Assembly (NCBI GenBank): GCA_964441155.1 | Contig: CAYYKL010000001.1 | Location: forward strand, 216,393-280,392 | Direction of reading: 5' to 3' | Length of the DNA stretch: 64,000 nt | Source: an uncultured Pseudomonadales bacterium | Lineage (GTDB): Bacteria; Patescibacteriota; Microgenomatia; UBA1400; RBG-16-45-19 | In this document: piece by piece, positions 9,813 through 19,499 of the stretch | Position numbering within the stretch: position 1 is the stretch's first letter | Layout of the letters: each line of letters opens with the position of its first letter | Notes under the pieces: model-generated | What the model was told of the DNA's origin: nothing | The model's input: the letters and a program-made list of their open reading frames with translations, nothing else | Database searches by the model: none | Translations under genes and position numbers: made by a program

Positions 9813-9945
9813 AGCAGGCTTCTCAATGGTAACAAGTTTTACCCAGACTGGCCAGTGACTTTTTGTCAGATGATCAACATAGATTCTCTCTCGGTCTATA
9901 TACCCTCACTTGTTTTTGCTAGGATAGAAATAGGTTGCGATTGCC

Positions 9946-11304
9946 ATGACCCACACACGTCCTCGACATACCACTATTCACGGTTTTACCCTCGTTGAAA
10001 CTCTGGTGGGATCGGCGGTTTTGTTTATCTTTTTCGCTGCCATCGCTATAATTTTGCAGCTAGCACTGCGATCTTTGGCCGAATCAAAAGTAAGAACCGT
10101 GGCTGCAACCCTTGCCTCTTCTCGACTTGAATTGGCAAAAAATGTACCCTTTGCTCAAGTCGGAACCGTTGGCGGAATTCCTGCTGGCAGTCTCGATTCA
10201 AACGAAACACTAACACTTAACAACCAAAACTTTTCTATTGTCACCACAGTTGTCTACATCGACGATCCTTTTGATGGTGTGGCTCCTGCTGATGTTTTGC
10301 CCATAGATTACAAGCGAGTTAAAGTTGCCGTCAGCTGGGACGGACCATTTGCACCCTCAACTCCAGTTATTGCTAGTACTGATGTCGCTCCCAAAGGCTT
10401 GGAAGACGCGTCAGGAACTGGCACGCTTTCGCTCTCAGTCGTTGATGCGCAAGGGTCAGCTCTGGCAAATGCTAGTGTTTCCATTGAAGCACCAACACTG
10501 ATTCCACCGATTGACCTCGACACACTTACCGATGCCCAAGGCAAAGTGATGTTGCCTGGAGCACCTCAGTGCATCGAATGTTATTCCATCCGGGTCACAA
10601 AAACAGGATATTCCACTGATCGCACGTACAACAGCACTGAAGTCACCAATCCCGCTAAACCACCTGCCAGCATAATCGAAGCTCAAGTGACACACCTCTC
10701 CTTTGCGATTGATCAGCTCTCAACTTTAACCCTTCGGGCTGTTCGTAATCAGGCAGCCAACTACGCCCCATTTCAAGGTGTACAAATGAAGATAACCGGC
10801 AGCAAAGAAATCGGCCGAACTGCCACCGACGATCCAGTGTATAAATATGATGCCAATCACGCCACTGGTTTTGGAGGTGTCGTGGTGGTGCCTAATCTCG
10901 AATGGGACGCATACACGATTGAGCTCCCAAGCGGATCATCGGTTGATATGGCAGCATCTTGGCCATATTCTCCCCTGTTGCTCTCTCCTGCAACTGCTGC
11001 CGATTTCACCATGGTGGTGCAAGCAGCAACGCCGAACACGCTCTTGGTTCGTGCAACACTAGGCAACGGCTCTCCGATCGCTTCTGCATCAGTACAGCTC
11101 ACCAATATCGCCACCGGCTCACTCGCAACTGCATCCACCGGCATTGCACCCAATCCTGATATTGCCCAAGCATTTTTCCCGAGTCTCTCAAGCGCACAAC
11201 ATTTCTTAAAAATTATTGCGAATGGTTACGAAGAAGCCACTGCTTCAGTTTCCATTGTCGGCGACAAACTTGAAACCTTTATACTTAATCCGGTGTTACC
11301 CTAA
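9946..11304 (+). CDS. Large minor pilin with beta-sandwich (carboxypeptidase regulatory-like) repeats
   Basis: Class III signal G|FTLVE; YKRVKVAVSW; repeated V.D..G..L..ASV.I units. Confidence 0.85.
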   Translation: MTHTRPRHTTIHGFTLVETLVGSAVLFIFFAAIAIILQLALRSLAESKVRTVAATLASSRLELAKNVPFAQVGTVGGIPAGSLDSNETLTLNNQNFSIVTTVVYIDDPFDGVAPADVLPIDYKRVKVAVSWDGPFAPSTPVIASTDVAPKGLEDASGTGTLSLSVVDAQGSALANASVSIEAPTLIPPIDLDTLTDAQGKVMLPGAPQCIECYSIRVTKTGYSTDRTYNSTEVTNPAKPPASIIEAQVTHLSFAIDQLSTLTLRAVRNQAANYAPFQGVQMKITGSKEIGRTATDDPVYKYDANHATGFGGVVVVPNLEWDAYTIELPSGSSVDMAASWPYSPLLLSPATAADFTMVVQAATPNTLLVRATLGNGSPIASASVQLTNIATGSLATASTGIAPNPDIAQAFFPSLSSAQHFLKIIANGYEEATASVSIVGDKLETFILNPVLP

Positions 11305-12071
11305 TGAATACAACTCAATTTCGGCTCCGAAACCAAGCCGGCTTTACCTTCGTTGAAGTGATCATGGCTTCGTTTATTAGTGCCATGCTGGTCATTGGTG
11401 CCGCCCTCCTGTGGTACTACTTCACTTCGTCCTACAGTTTTTCGTTTGAGTTATCTCAGGCTCTTGAATTAGCACAATCGAATGTGAGCACTATGGTTCG
11501 AGAATTGCGTGAAGCGCAAATCGGCGAATCAGGTGAGTACCCCCTTGCTACAGCGTACGATGACGAATTAGTCTTTCATGGCGATATCGATAATGATGGG
11601 CTCGTCGAGCGAGTGCGGTATTATCTGGTTGGCACAACCCTAACTAAGCAAGTATTTAATGTAACTCCAGGCACCAAATCCTTTGCCTGTCTTGATAAGT
11701 GCGACGTTTGTCACGATGGACATGTGCTTAACATCGATGAGCATGCTTGGCCGGCTCACTATGCGCACGGCGATGAACTTGGTGCCTGCTCGGGTGGAGG
11801 TGGAGGTGAAACTCCCGGGGAGGAGCCATTGGCATTTGAGAGGATTGTTGCCGATTATGTGAGTAATGGTAGTACTCCTATTTTTAGCTACTATAATGGA
11901 AATTACCCCGGTGACAGCGTTAACAATCCTTTGATTTTAACCGAAAGACTCCTTGAAACCAGATTAGTAAAAGTTGCCTTAAGCATTGATCCCTCTTCAG
12001 GACCTGTTGGCGCGCAAGCCGTGTCAATCGAAAACTTAGCACATCTACGTAATCTGAAAGATAATTTATGA
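11304..12071 (+). CDS. Minor pilin (PilW/PulJ-like) with Cys/His-rich insert
   Basis: G|FTFVE signal; MVRELREA; DIDNDGLVERVRYYL; ends HLRNLKDNL. Confidence 0.85.
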   Translation: MNTTQFRLRNQAGFTFVEVIMASFISAMLVIGAALLWYYFTSSYSFSFELSQALELAQSNVSTMVRELREAQIGESGEYPLATAYDDELVFHGDIDNDGLVERVRYYLVGTTLTKQVFNVTPGTKSFACLDKCDVCHDGHVLNIDEHAWPAHYAHGDELGACSGGGGGETPGEEPLAFERIVADYVSNGSTPIFSYYNGNYPGDSVNNPLILTERLLETRLVKVALSIDPSSGPVGAQAVSIENLAHLRNLKDNL

Positions 12072-13462
12072 AATCAAAAAATGTAACTCGAGGCAGCATC
12101 TCACTCATCATTCTGCTATTTGGTGTGGTGATAAGTGTCGCTATCGGTGGATTGGTAATCATCACGTCAACGCAGTTTGGCTATGTGCAGCGCAATCAGG
12201 CTCGAGAAACTGCCTTGTATATTGCCGAAGCTGGAGTGCAATATTATCGCTGGCACTTAGCTCACAATCCCACGGACTATACTGATGGCCAGGGCACAGA
12301 CCCGGGCCCGTATGAACACGCCTTCGTCGACCCTCAAGGCGGACCTTTGGGCACCTATTCCCTCACCATCACCCCGCCCGATCCCGGCTCTAGTGTCGTT
12401 ACCATTGAATCAACCGGTTGGTCGAGTGCCTTTCCAGGGGTTAAGCGCAAAGTTAAAGCTCGATTCGGCATTCCTTCACTCGCTCAATATTCGTTCTTGC
12501 ATAACGCCAACGTCTGGTTTGGCAGCGGCATCACTGTTCACGGCAAAGCTCATTCTAATGGAGGCATACGTCAAGATGGCATCAACGATTCGATAATCTC
12601 AAGCTCCAAAGCCACCTACACTTGTGGCAGCGAAACTGGATGTTCCCCTTCGCAAACTAAGCCAGGCGTTTGGGGAACCGGCGGATCTAACGAATTATGG
12701 GATTTCCCGGTGACCGCTCTTGATTTTGATTCAATCAGCATTGATCTCAATACTATGAAAGCGGCGGCACAAGCTCAGGGCATCTATCGAGCCTCGGCTT
12801 CACAAGGCTATCATTTACGCTTTTTAAGCAATGGAACGGTCAATCTTTATGAAGTTACTCGAACCCAAGCCTGGAGAGGTTATGACTCAGACACCGATTG
12901 TGTCAATTTGAACCAACGGATTCAAACCGAAGTGTTGCGCGGCAACTACTCGGTCAGCGAAAAACGGATTTTCTTTTTGGAGGACAATGTGTGGGTTGAT
13001 GGGGTGGTCAAAGGCCGAGCTACGGTGGTTGCAGCCAAGTTCCCGCTTATTAGCAATAGCAAAGAAATCTGGATCAATGACAATTTGACCTACACCGTCA
13101 AAAATGGCGATGATGCTCTGGGTTTGATTGCTCAGAAAAACATTTATTTTGCGCGAAATATTCCCCAAGATTTTGAAATTGATGCGGCCATGATTGCCCA
13201 AAATGGCAAAATAATTCGTCACTATTACGGTTCATCATCTTGTGGAGGCAATACTCCCTATGCAGTGCGCAACAAATTATCAATCTATGGCGTCGTTATC
13301 TCCAAAGAAAAATCCTATTGGAATTGGGGCAGTCCTCCCCAATCAGGCTTCACCACTCGTGATGTTACCTATGACTCCAACCTTTTCCTCGATCCCCCAC
13401 CCTACTTCCCCGCCAGTGGAGAATATGAATTTATCTCTTGGGAAGAAGTGAATAGAGATTAA
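12068..13462 (+). CDS. PilX-like minor pilin
   Basis: RG|SISL signal; ALYIAEAGVQYYRW (PilX N-terminal motif); C-terminal YD...PPPYFP. Confidence 0.85.
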   Translation: MKSKNVTRGSISLIILLFGVVISVAIGGLVIITSTQFGYVQRNQARETALYIAEAGVQYYRWHLAHNPTDYTDGQGTDPGPYEHAFVDPQGGPLGTYSLTITPPDPGSSVVTIESTGWSSAFPGVKRKVKARFGIPSLAQYSFLHNANVWFGSGITVHGKAHSNGGIRQDGINDSIISSSKATYTCGSETGCSPSQTKPGVWGTGGSNELWDFPVTALDFDSISIDLNTMKAAAQAQGIYRASASQGYHLRFLSNGTVNLYEVTRTQAWRGYDSDTDCVNLNQRIQTEVLRGNYSVSEKRIFFLEDNVWVDGVVKGRATVVAAKFPLISNSKEIWINDNLTYTVKNGDDALGLIAQKNIYFARNIPQDFEIDAAMIAQNGKIIRHYYGSSSCGGNTPYAVRNKLSIYGVVISKEKSYWNWGSPPQSGFTTRDVTYDSNLFLDPPPYFPASGEYEFISWEEVNRD

Positions 13463-13471
13463 GCACTTGGT

Positions 13472-13906
13472 TTAAATTAACTCATTCAAAGCTTTGTGTA
13501 ATTCTCGAGGTACATTTCGAATTGCTGCATTGCGTGCTCGCACTGTTGCATCCCTAACTTGACTCAATAACTTCAAATCCGTATTTATCCGAGCAATTCT
13601 CTCGGGCACAGAGCTATTATCTCGCCCTCTTGAAGAATTGACTGTGTTTAGTAGGTGTTCTTGCTCTTCCTGGCTTAAATGTGACAGATCACGGTCAACA
13701 TATGGTTGAAGTGGTGATACCTGTTCCAAGTAATTAACTCCGACACTATTCACTTCATCGACATGGAATCTTTCCATTGAATAGCGCAGCAGTGAGTTAA
13801 ATATTTGCAATGTCCAAATCTTATACTCTAATACCTGCTCCCCTGCAGCCACTACAATCCAATGTCCAGCGTTTTGCAAATGATTTACTGATTCTTTTAC
13901 TCCCAT
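13472..13906 (-). CDS. Hypothetical protein
   Basis: 144-aa ORF filling the gap, 10 bp downstream of pilC and co-oriented with it; no motif recognised. Confidence 0.55.
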   Translation of the reverse strand: MGVKESVNHLQNAGHWIVVAAGEQVLEYKIWTLQIFNSLLRYSMERFHVDEVNSVGVNYLEQVSPLQPYVDRDLSHLSQEEQEHLLNTVNSSRGRDNSSVPERIARINTDLKLLSQVRDATVRARNAAIRNVPRELHKALNELI

Positions 13907-13916
13907 TACTTGAAAA

Positions 13917-15119
13917 TTATAACCCTTGTTGCAAGTTCCCCACTACCGAATAGAGCGGGGCGATGATGGAAAGAATCATCGCTCCCACACCAATGCCAAC
14001 CAACAACATAAGAGTTGGTTCCAACAATTGAGTAGCTTTTTTAACCGATTCTTTGACTTCTTCTTCATAGAATGTGGCTAGGTCAGCCAAACTCACATCT
14101 AACGTACCCGATTTTTCCCCAGCCGCGATCATTTGTGTGAGAAGTGCGGGAAACACTTGATGCTCACGAAACGACGCGGCCAGAGTTTTCCCCTGTGAAA
14201 CTTCTTTGGGTAGTGGACCAGCCGCGAGCTTGTGCGCGGGGTAAGAAAGTGAATCAACGGCAATAGCCAAAGCCTCAGTCACTCCAACCGCCGCCGCCAA
14301 AAGGGTTGAAAATATGCGCGTGAATCGCGCCACGTCAACCTGTTTAATTAGCTGCTTAATCACCGGGAAGTTTGATGCGACACTTACCACCACCGCTTTT
14401 CCCTTTTTAGTGCGCACAATTACTGCCAGCACGACTACTGACAGCAGTGAGCCACCCATAATGAGCCAGCGATAGGCCGCCATATTCACTGCTGCCGAAA
14501 AAATGAACTTGGTGTAGTTTGGCAAGGGGATTGCCATATTCAAAAACACTTTGCCAATCTGAGGCATAATGAAAAACAACATCAGAAATCCGATAGCAAC
14601 CATTGCTAGAATGACGATCATTGGATACATGAGCGCCGATTTAACACTCGACTTAAGTTGATATTCGGCTTTGAGCTCTCGCTCCAGAAAAACAAATGAG
14701 TTAGCTAATGTTCCTGACACTTCACCCGCTTTGGTGAGGGTTACAAAAAACTGATTAAAGGTATCAGGAAAGGCTGCGAATACAGAAGATAAGCTTTTCC
14801 CTCGCTCAAGGTTATAGAGAATATCATCGAGGATTTGCCGCATCAGGGGGCTTTTCGTTTCTTCTTTGAGCACGGTCATACCCTCAGCCAATGAAAGGCC
14901 AGAATTTAACATGGTGGCCACATAACGACAAAAAGTAATCTTATCGACGTCAGGAATTGAGCCCTTCATTTTTTTGTGGTTATGCGTAGGCTTGAAACTT
15001 ATGGGGCTTAAACCTTGTTTCGACAACATCGTCGCGGCTTCGTATTCGCTTGCTGCCGCCAGCGTACCCGTTTTTATTTCGTTGTTACTATTACTTGCTT
15101 TATAGGCAAAGGTTGGCAT
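13917..15119 (-). CDS. pilC: Type IV pilus platform protein PilC (T2SS F family)
   Basis: MPTFAYKA; two GspF repeats AGEVSGTL / AGEKSGTLD; ALMYP; LLEP. Confidence 0.95.
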   Translation of the reverse strand: MPTFAYKASNSNNEIKTGTLAAASEYEAATMLSKQGLSPISFKPTHNHKKMKGSIPDVDKITFCRYVATMLNSGLSLAEGMTVLKEETKSPLMRQILDDILYNLERGKSLSSVFAAFPDTFNQFFVTLTKAGEVSGTLANSFVFLERELKAEYQLKSSVKSALMYPMIVILAMVAIGFLMLFFIMPQIGKVFLNMAIPLPNYTKFIFSAAVNMAAYRWLIMGGSLLSVVVLAVIVRTKKGKAVVVSVASNFPVIKQLIKQVDVARFTRIFSTLLAAAVGVTEALAIAVDSLSYPAHKLAAGPLPKEVSQGKTLAASFREHQVFPALLTQMIAAGEKSGTLDVSLADLATFYEEEVKESVKKATQLLEPTLMLLVGIGVGAMILSIIAPLYSVVGNLQQGL

Positions 15120-15142
15120 AATCCACTTTTCAAAAAAATTGT

Positions 15143-16822
15143 CTACTCTGTGGTAACGCGAATTATTTCGTCAATAGTTGTCAAGCCGGCACTCACTTTG
15201 TCGATGCCGTCAGTTATGAGCGTACTCATGCCTTGTTTGACTGCCATTTGCAAGATGTCGTCTTCGCTGGCTTTATCGACAATAAGCTTGCGAATATCTC
15301 GACTAATCTCCAGCATTTCATAGATACTCACTCGCCCTTTGTAGCCTGAATGAGAACACTCATCACATCCCTGACCAATAAAGACGTCGGTTAACGAGCT
15401 TGTTTTAGAAGGAGCGTTTTTTTGCACGAATTCTTTCATTTCTTGCGTTGGCTCGACCCGCACCATGCAGTTGGTGCACACACGGCGCACCAATCGCTGC
15501 GCAATCACAATATTAAGTGTTGAGGCCAACAAAAATCCTTGCACTCCCATATCAATCAAGCGCGGAATGGCGCCGATAGCCGAGTTGGTATGGAGGGTAG
15601 ATAAAACTAAATGACCTGTCAGCGCAGAATGAATGGCAATTTCAGCAGTATCGGTATCGCGAATTTCACCAATCATAATCACATCAGGGTCATGACGAAG
15701 AAGCGAGCGCAAACCTGCTGCAAACGTCAGACCAGCTTTGGGATTGACTTGGGTTTGATTGATGCGTCTAACACTATATTCAACTGGATCTTCAATGGTG
15801 CAAATTTTGCGCTCGGGAGAATTGAGCAAGTTTAGTACGGTATAAAGGGTAGTGGTCTTTCCTGAGCCAGTAGGTCCAGTGACCAAAATCATGCCATTGG
15901 GTTTTTGCACGTTGCTTTTTAACAAGGGCAAGTTGTAGCTTGAGACACCAAGTTCTTCAAGACTTAAGGGACGAGACGATTCGGGCAACAAACGCATAAC
16001 GATATTTTCACCAAAAAAAGCTGGCAAAATCGAAACGCGCAGCGCAATAAACGCCTCATGGATCTTGAATTTAAATCGACCATCCTGTGGCAAGCGATGC
16101 TCATCGAGCTTGAGCCCAGATAGTATTTTTATACGGGCCACTAGCGCGGGCTGGATCGCTTTGGGCAAAAGCGCAATGTCGCGCAATACGCCATCAACAC
16201 GAAAACGCAACAGTACATTGTCTTCCATGAGCTCCATATGCACGTCCGATGCGCCTTCTGCGCTGGCGTATTCGAGAATGGTGTCCAGGATTTTAATGAT
16301 GGGCACTTCCTCAGCCACTTGCTCCATATGGTCGAGATCAAGTTTGGCTTTATCCACATTTTCGCGCAATATGTCAGCAAAAATTGCTTTAATGTTGCGC
16401 TTGTATTGTCCGATTGATCGCGAAAAATCTGACTCAGTGATGTAGTGTGGAATCACGGCAAAATTTGTTTTTCGCTTTACAAACTCGATCGCCTCAATAT
16501 CTTGAGGATTTTCCATGCCCAAATGCAGCTCGTTAGCATTGAGTTCAAACGGCATGACCCTAAAGGATAATGCCGCTTGTTCTGGAACAAGCTGGAGCAA
16601 CTCCAGGGGAATGACTCGATTATGCAATGATGCGAACGGAACTTTGTAATATTCAGCAATTAGTTTTCCCAGAGCGTCTTCGGATATCAATCCTTTAAAG
16701 ACTAAAATATCTGCCAGGGATTTATTTAATTCTTCAGCCGTTTTTTGCGCTTGCTCAAAATCTTTTTGGGCAACAAAGCCACTACTCAGCAATATTTGGG
16801 CAAGTGTCTGGGCATTTAACAT
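15143..16822 (-). CDS. pilB: Type IV pilus assembly ATPase PilB/GspE
   Basis: GPTGSGKTTTLY, TIEDPVE, LRHDPDVIMIGEIRD, STLHTN, CxxC...CxxC; start trimmed to MLNAQTL. Confidence 0.95.
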   Translation of the reverse strand: MLNAQTLAQILLSSGFVAQKDFEQAQKTAEELNKSLADILVFKGLISEDALGKLIAEYYKVPFASLHNRVIPLELLQLVPEQAALSFRVMPFELNANELHLGMENPQDIEAIEFVKRKTNFAVIPHYITESDFSRSIGQYKRNIKAIFADILRENVDKAKLDLDHMEQVAEEVPIIKILDTILEYASAEGASDVHMELMEDNVLLRFRVDGVLRDIALLPKAIQPALVARIKILSGLKLDEHRLPQDGRFKFKIHEAFIALRVSILPAFFGENIVMRLLPESSRPLSLEELGVSSYNLPLLKSNVQKPNGMILVTGPTGSGKTTTLYTVLNLLNSPERKICTIEDPVEYSVRRINQTQVNPKAGLTFAAGLRSLLRHDPDVIMIGEIRDTDTAEIAIHSALTGHLVLSTLHTNSAIGAIPRLIDMGVQGFLLASTLNIVIAQRLVRRVCTNCMVRVEPTQEMKEFVQKNAPSKTSSLTDVFIGQGCDECSHSGYKGRVSIYEMLEISRDIRKLIVDKASEDDILQMAVKQGMSTLITDGIDKVSAGLTTIDEIIRVTTE

Positions 16823-16858
16823 AGGTACTATTAAGTGTATAGAAAAATGAAGCAAGAA

Positions 16859-17233
16859 TTAAGAGGCGGGTGCAAGTAGAGACTGGATTGTGGCTACCAA
16901 TTGTGTGGGAGTGACATCAATTTTATTGAGAGCATGAGTTATGCCTAAGTTTTCTAATCGGGCAACTTGCTCAGCTTTTGAAACGGACGAAAAAACAATT
17001 TTTGGAATCGCTTTGGCTACTGGGTCAACACTTAATCGCTCCAAAAATTCAAAACCATTCATTTTTGGCATTAAAAGGTCAAGTACAATTACATCTGGCT
17101 TGTACGTCACTAAGTGTTGCAGCGCGATTTCACCATTAGTTGCAGTCACCACTCTATGACCATCCGCTTCAAGTCGGGTTGAATAGAGCTTTAATAAAAC
17201 TGAGTCGTCATCAATGAGAAGTATGTTTGCCAT
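16859..17233 (-). CDS. Single-domain response regulator (CheY-like receiver)
   Basis: ILLIDDD, VLDLLMPKMNG, conserved S/T and K. Confidence 0.92.
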   Translation of the reverse strand: MANILLIDDDSVLLKLYSTRLEADGHRVVTATNGEIALQHLVTYKPDVIVLDLLMPKMNGFEFLERLSVDPVAKAIPKIVFSSVSKAEQVARLENLGITHALNKIDVTPTQLVATIQSLLAPAS

Positions 17234-17297
17234 GGCGCATTGACGATACCAGAATTAGACTTGCGAAGCAAACAATTTTTTTCGAAATCCATCTTAC

Positions 17298-18050
17298 TTA
17301 TACACGCATTGCCAAAGCTAGTGTAAGCAAGCCTATGATCAAGCAATAATAACCAAAATAATTCAGTTTCTGCCGAGTGATAACCAGTTGCAATAACTTG
17401 AGTGCGAACAAACTTGTTACAAACGATGCCGTAAACCCCCAGCCAACAATGGGCATAGGCACGTCAAGCGGAACACCTTTTATGACGTGGAGTCCAAATG
17501 CCCCGGCAATAGCGGGCACCGCCATTAAAAAAACGAAAGAAAAAGCTTGATCTCGATCAATTTTTTGCCATAAAGCCGCAGTGAGCGTGCTACCTGAGCG
17601 AGAAATTCCTGGACCAATAGCCAATGCTTGGAGAGTTCCAATGAGCAATGCTTTTTTGGCAGTCATGGGCTTTGGCTTTGGGTTTGTGTTCATAAATCGG
17701 TGAGCCAATATGAGAAAGCTACCGGTAATAAAAAATCCAATTCCAGCTACAAATAGATTGCGAAACAGTGATTCAAATAAAGGCTCTACCACCAATCCGG
17801 CTATGACTGCGGGAAAAGTTGCAATCGCCACGTAATAGAGTGTTTTGCGCGGAAGTTTCATCCAGCGAGGTAAAAAAAAGATAATTATGGCTGCGAGCGA
17901 AGCCACATGCAAAATGACATCGAAAAAAAGCGGTACATGCTTTAATCCCATGAGGTGCTGCACCAAAAGCAAATGGCCATCGCTACTAATAGGCAAAAAC
18001 TCAGTTAAGCCTTGGGTGATTCCTAACAAAAATGCCTGAAGAAATGTCAT
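17298..18050 (-). CDS. uppP: Undecaprenyl-diphosphate phosphatase
   Basis: QGLTEFLPISSDGHL and PGISRSGST motifs; start trimmed to MTFLQA. Confidence 0.95.
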   Translation of the reverse strand: MTFLQAFLLGITQGLTEFLPISSDGHLLLVQHLMGLKHVPLFFDVILHVASLAAIIIFFLPRWMKLPRKTLYYVAIATFPAVIAGLVVEPLFESLFRNLFVAGIGFFITGSFLILAHRFMNTNPKPKPMTAKKALLIGTLQALAIGPGISRSGSTLTAALWQKIDRDQAFSFVFLMAVPAIAGAFGLHVIKGVPLDVPMPIVGWGFTASFVTSLFALKLLQLVITRQKLNYFGYYCLIIGLLTLALAMRV

Positions 18051-18051
18051 G

Positions 18052-18744
18052 TTATTGCTTTTTAGTTTTGTACCATTGATCAATCAAATCGTGAATTAAG
18101 TCTTTAGAGCCCAAGCCCACGGCTAATCCAAAGGCCAAAGCAAGTGCTAATACAACTCCTGCAAAGAGCAATTCGATAAATACAGTCGCAATACCCAATT
18201 CACTCAATGCAATGAGTGTCGCGATAACCACAGTGGCATAACTACTCGATTTTGCGAGCAATCGGGCAGTGGGAACTTCTAACGATTTCAGTGAGCGCTT
18301 AACCCATGTTTCAAGCCAACCAGCAAAGACAACGCCGAGCACGAAAATGCTGCTCGCCACAACCAGACGCGGCATATAGGCCAAGAGATTAGCCAAAATG
18401 TCTGACAAAAAGACCATGCCCAACGTTTGAATAGCCACAATAGCAAAAACCAACACGACCACTGCCTGCAATATGCTACCAACGACTCCAGCTGGACTAA
18501 ATGGCAAATTTACCTGAGTTAAAAGAGTTGACGAAGTGCTGTGTTTAACCAACTCATCTAGCTTGGCTTGCTTAATGCCTCTCTCCACGAGGGTCTTTAA
18601 CCATTTTCCAATAATCCAACCAACTGTCAAAACGAAAAAAGCTGCCAGCGCTCGAGGCAAATAGGTAGTTGCTGTGGTTAATAGGTTACTAAATCCAAAA
18701 AGTATTGCTCCGCCGAGTGATGCAAAAAATGTGCTTGATTCCAT
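18052..18744 (-). CDS. MscS-associated conserved TM-helix repeat protein (CmpX-like)
   Basis: Two YLPR/YMPR TM-helix repeats; C-terminal LAFGLAVGLGSKD. Confidence 0.8.
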   Translation of the reverse strand: MESSTFFASLGGAILFGFSNLLTTATTYLPRALAAFFVLTVGWIIGKWLKTLVERGIKQAKLDELVKHSTSSTLLTQVNLPFSPAGVVGSILQAVVVLVFAIVAIQTLGMVFLSDILANLLAYMPRLVVASSIFVLGVVFAGWLETWVKRSLKSLEVPTARLLAKSSSYATVVIATLIALSELGIATVFIELLFAGVVLALALAFGLAVGLGSKDLIHDLIDQWYKTKKQ

Positions 18745-18902
18745 AGTAACTGCCCTTTGCAAAATGCCTATAACTAGTCCTTAGTATACTGCTCTTTATG
18801 CGTTTTCACGAGTTCTTTGCTTATTGTTTATGCTCTTTATGAAATCAGAAATGTTGATACCTCATCTTGCATACTATGCTCACTTGCCACTATGCTTTAC
18901 TC

Positions 18903-19499
18903 ATGCCCGATGGTTTTAGCTTCACTGGTGTGCAATCGGCACTTAATTTGAAAGGTGCGCTCGATGACGTGTCCAAGCGATCTTCAGGATCAAATGTCTA
19001 TGAACACGAATCGACTACCGTTGCCCAAGATATATTGACTCCCCGACATGACCCTCTAGCCAACTCGCTCAAACTCCAACCTAGTGATTTCAAAAAACTT
19101 GGAGTTGGAGACCTCGTCGAACTTAAACAACCAAATGGTGAGATCAAATATGGCTTGGTTAAGAACAAGCAAAATCAAGAACAAGTAGTTGAGTTTTCAC
19201 CAATTTCTGTGAATCAAGCCAGCACGATCCAGCACAATTTCCCCAACACTCACTACTTAGTCTTGAGCAAGTTTATGCCTGCACAAAGCTCAACCCTAAA
19301 TTGGTTTGGCTGGGATTTTTCAAAAGTGGAAACGCTTATTGCAGCCTTTACCGATTATTTTTTGGCACTAATGGAAAAGGTCGTGGGCAAACAACTGAGT
19401 CGCGTGGAGCTGGAGAGCAAAGGCCTCGCATTGCTTATTGCGCTCATTGTGCTATTCGGCTTGGCCTTTTGGGCATATTTTTTGTGGCAACAGTTTTAA
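18903..19499 (+). CDS. Hypothetical protein with C-terminal TM anchor
   Basis: ORF with a single C-terminal hydrophobic helix; ATG at 18903 preceded by TATGCT. Confidence 0.65.
   Translation: MPDGFSFTGVQSALNLKGALDDVSKRSSGSNVYEHESTTVAQDILTPRHDPLANSLKLQPSDFKKLGVGDLVELKQPNGEIKYGLVKNKQNQEQVVEFSPISVNQASTIQHNFPNTHYLVLSKFMPAQSSTLNWFGWDFSKVETLIAAFTDYFLALMEKVVGKQLSRVELESKGLALLIALIVLFGLAFWAYFLWQQF

Noticed and set aside
11700-11714. Calling the pilin a c-type cytochrome or nanowire component
   Set aside because: There is a single CxxCH, no maturation genes in the window, and the four Cys can be explained as two disulfides; kept only as a hypothesis.
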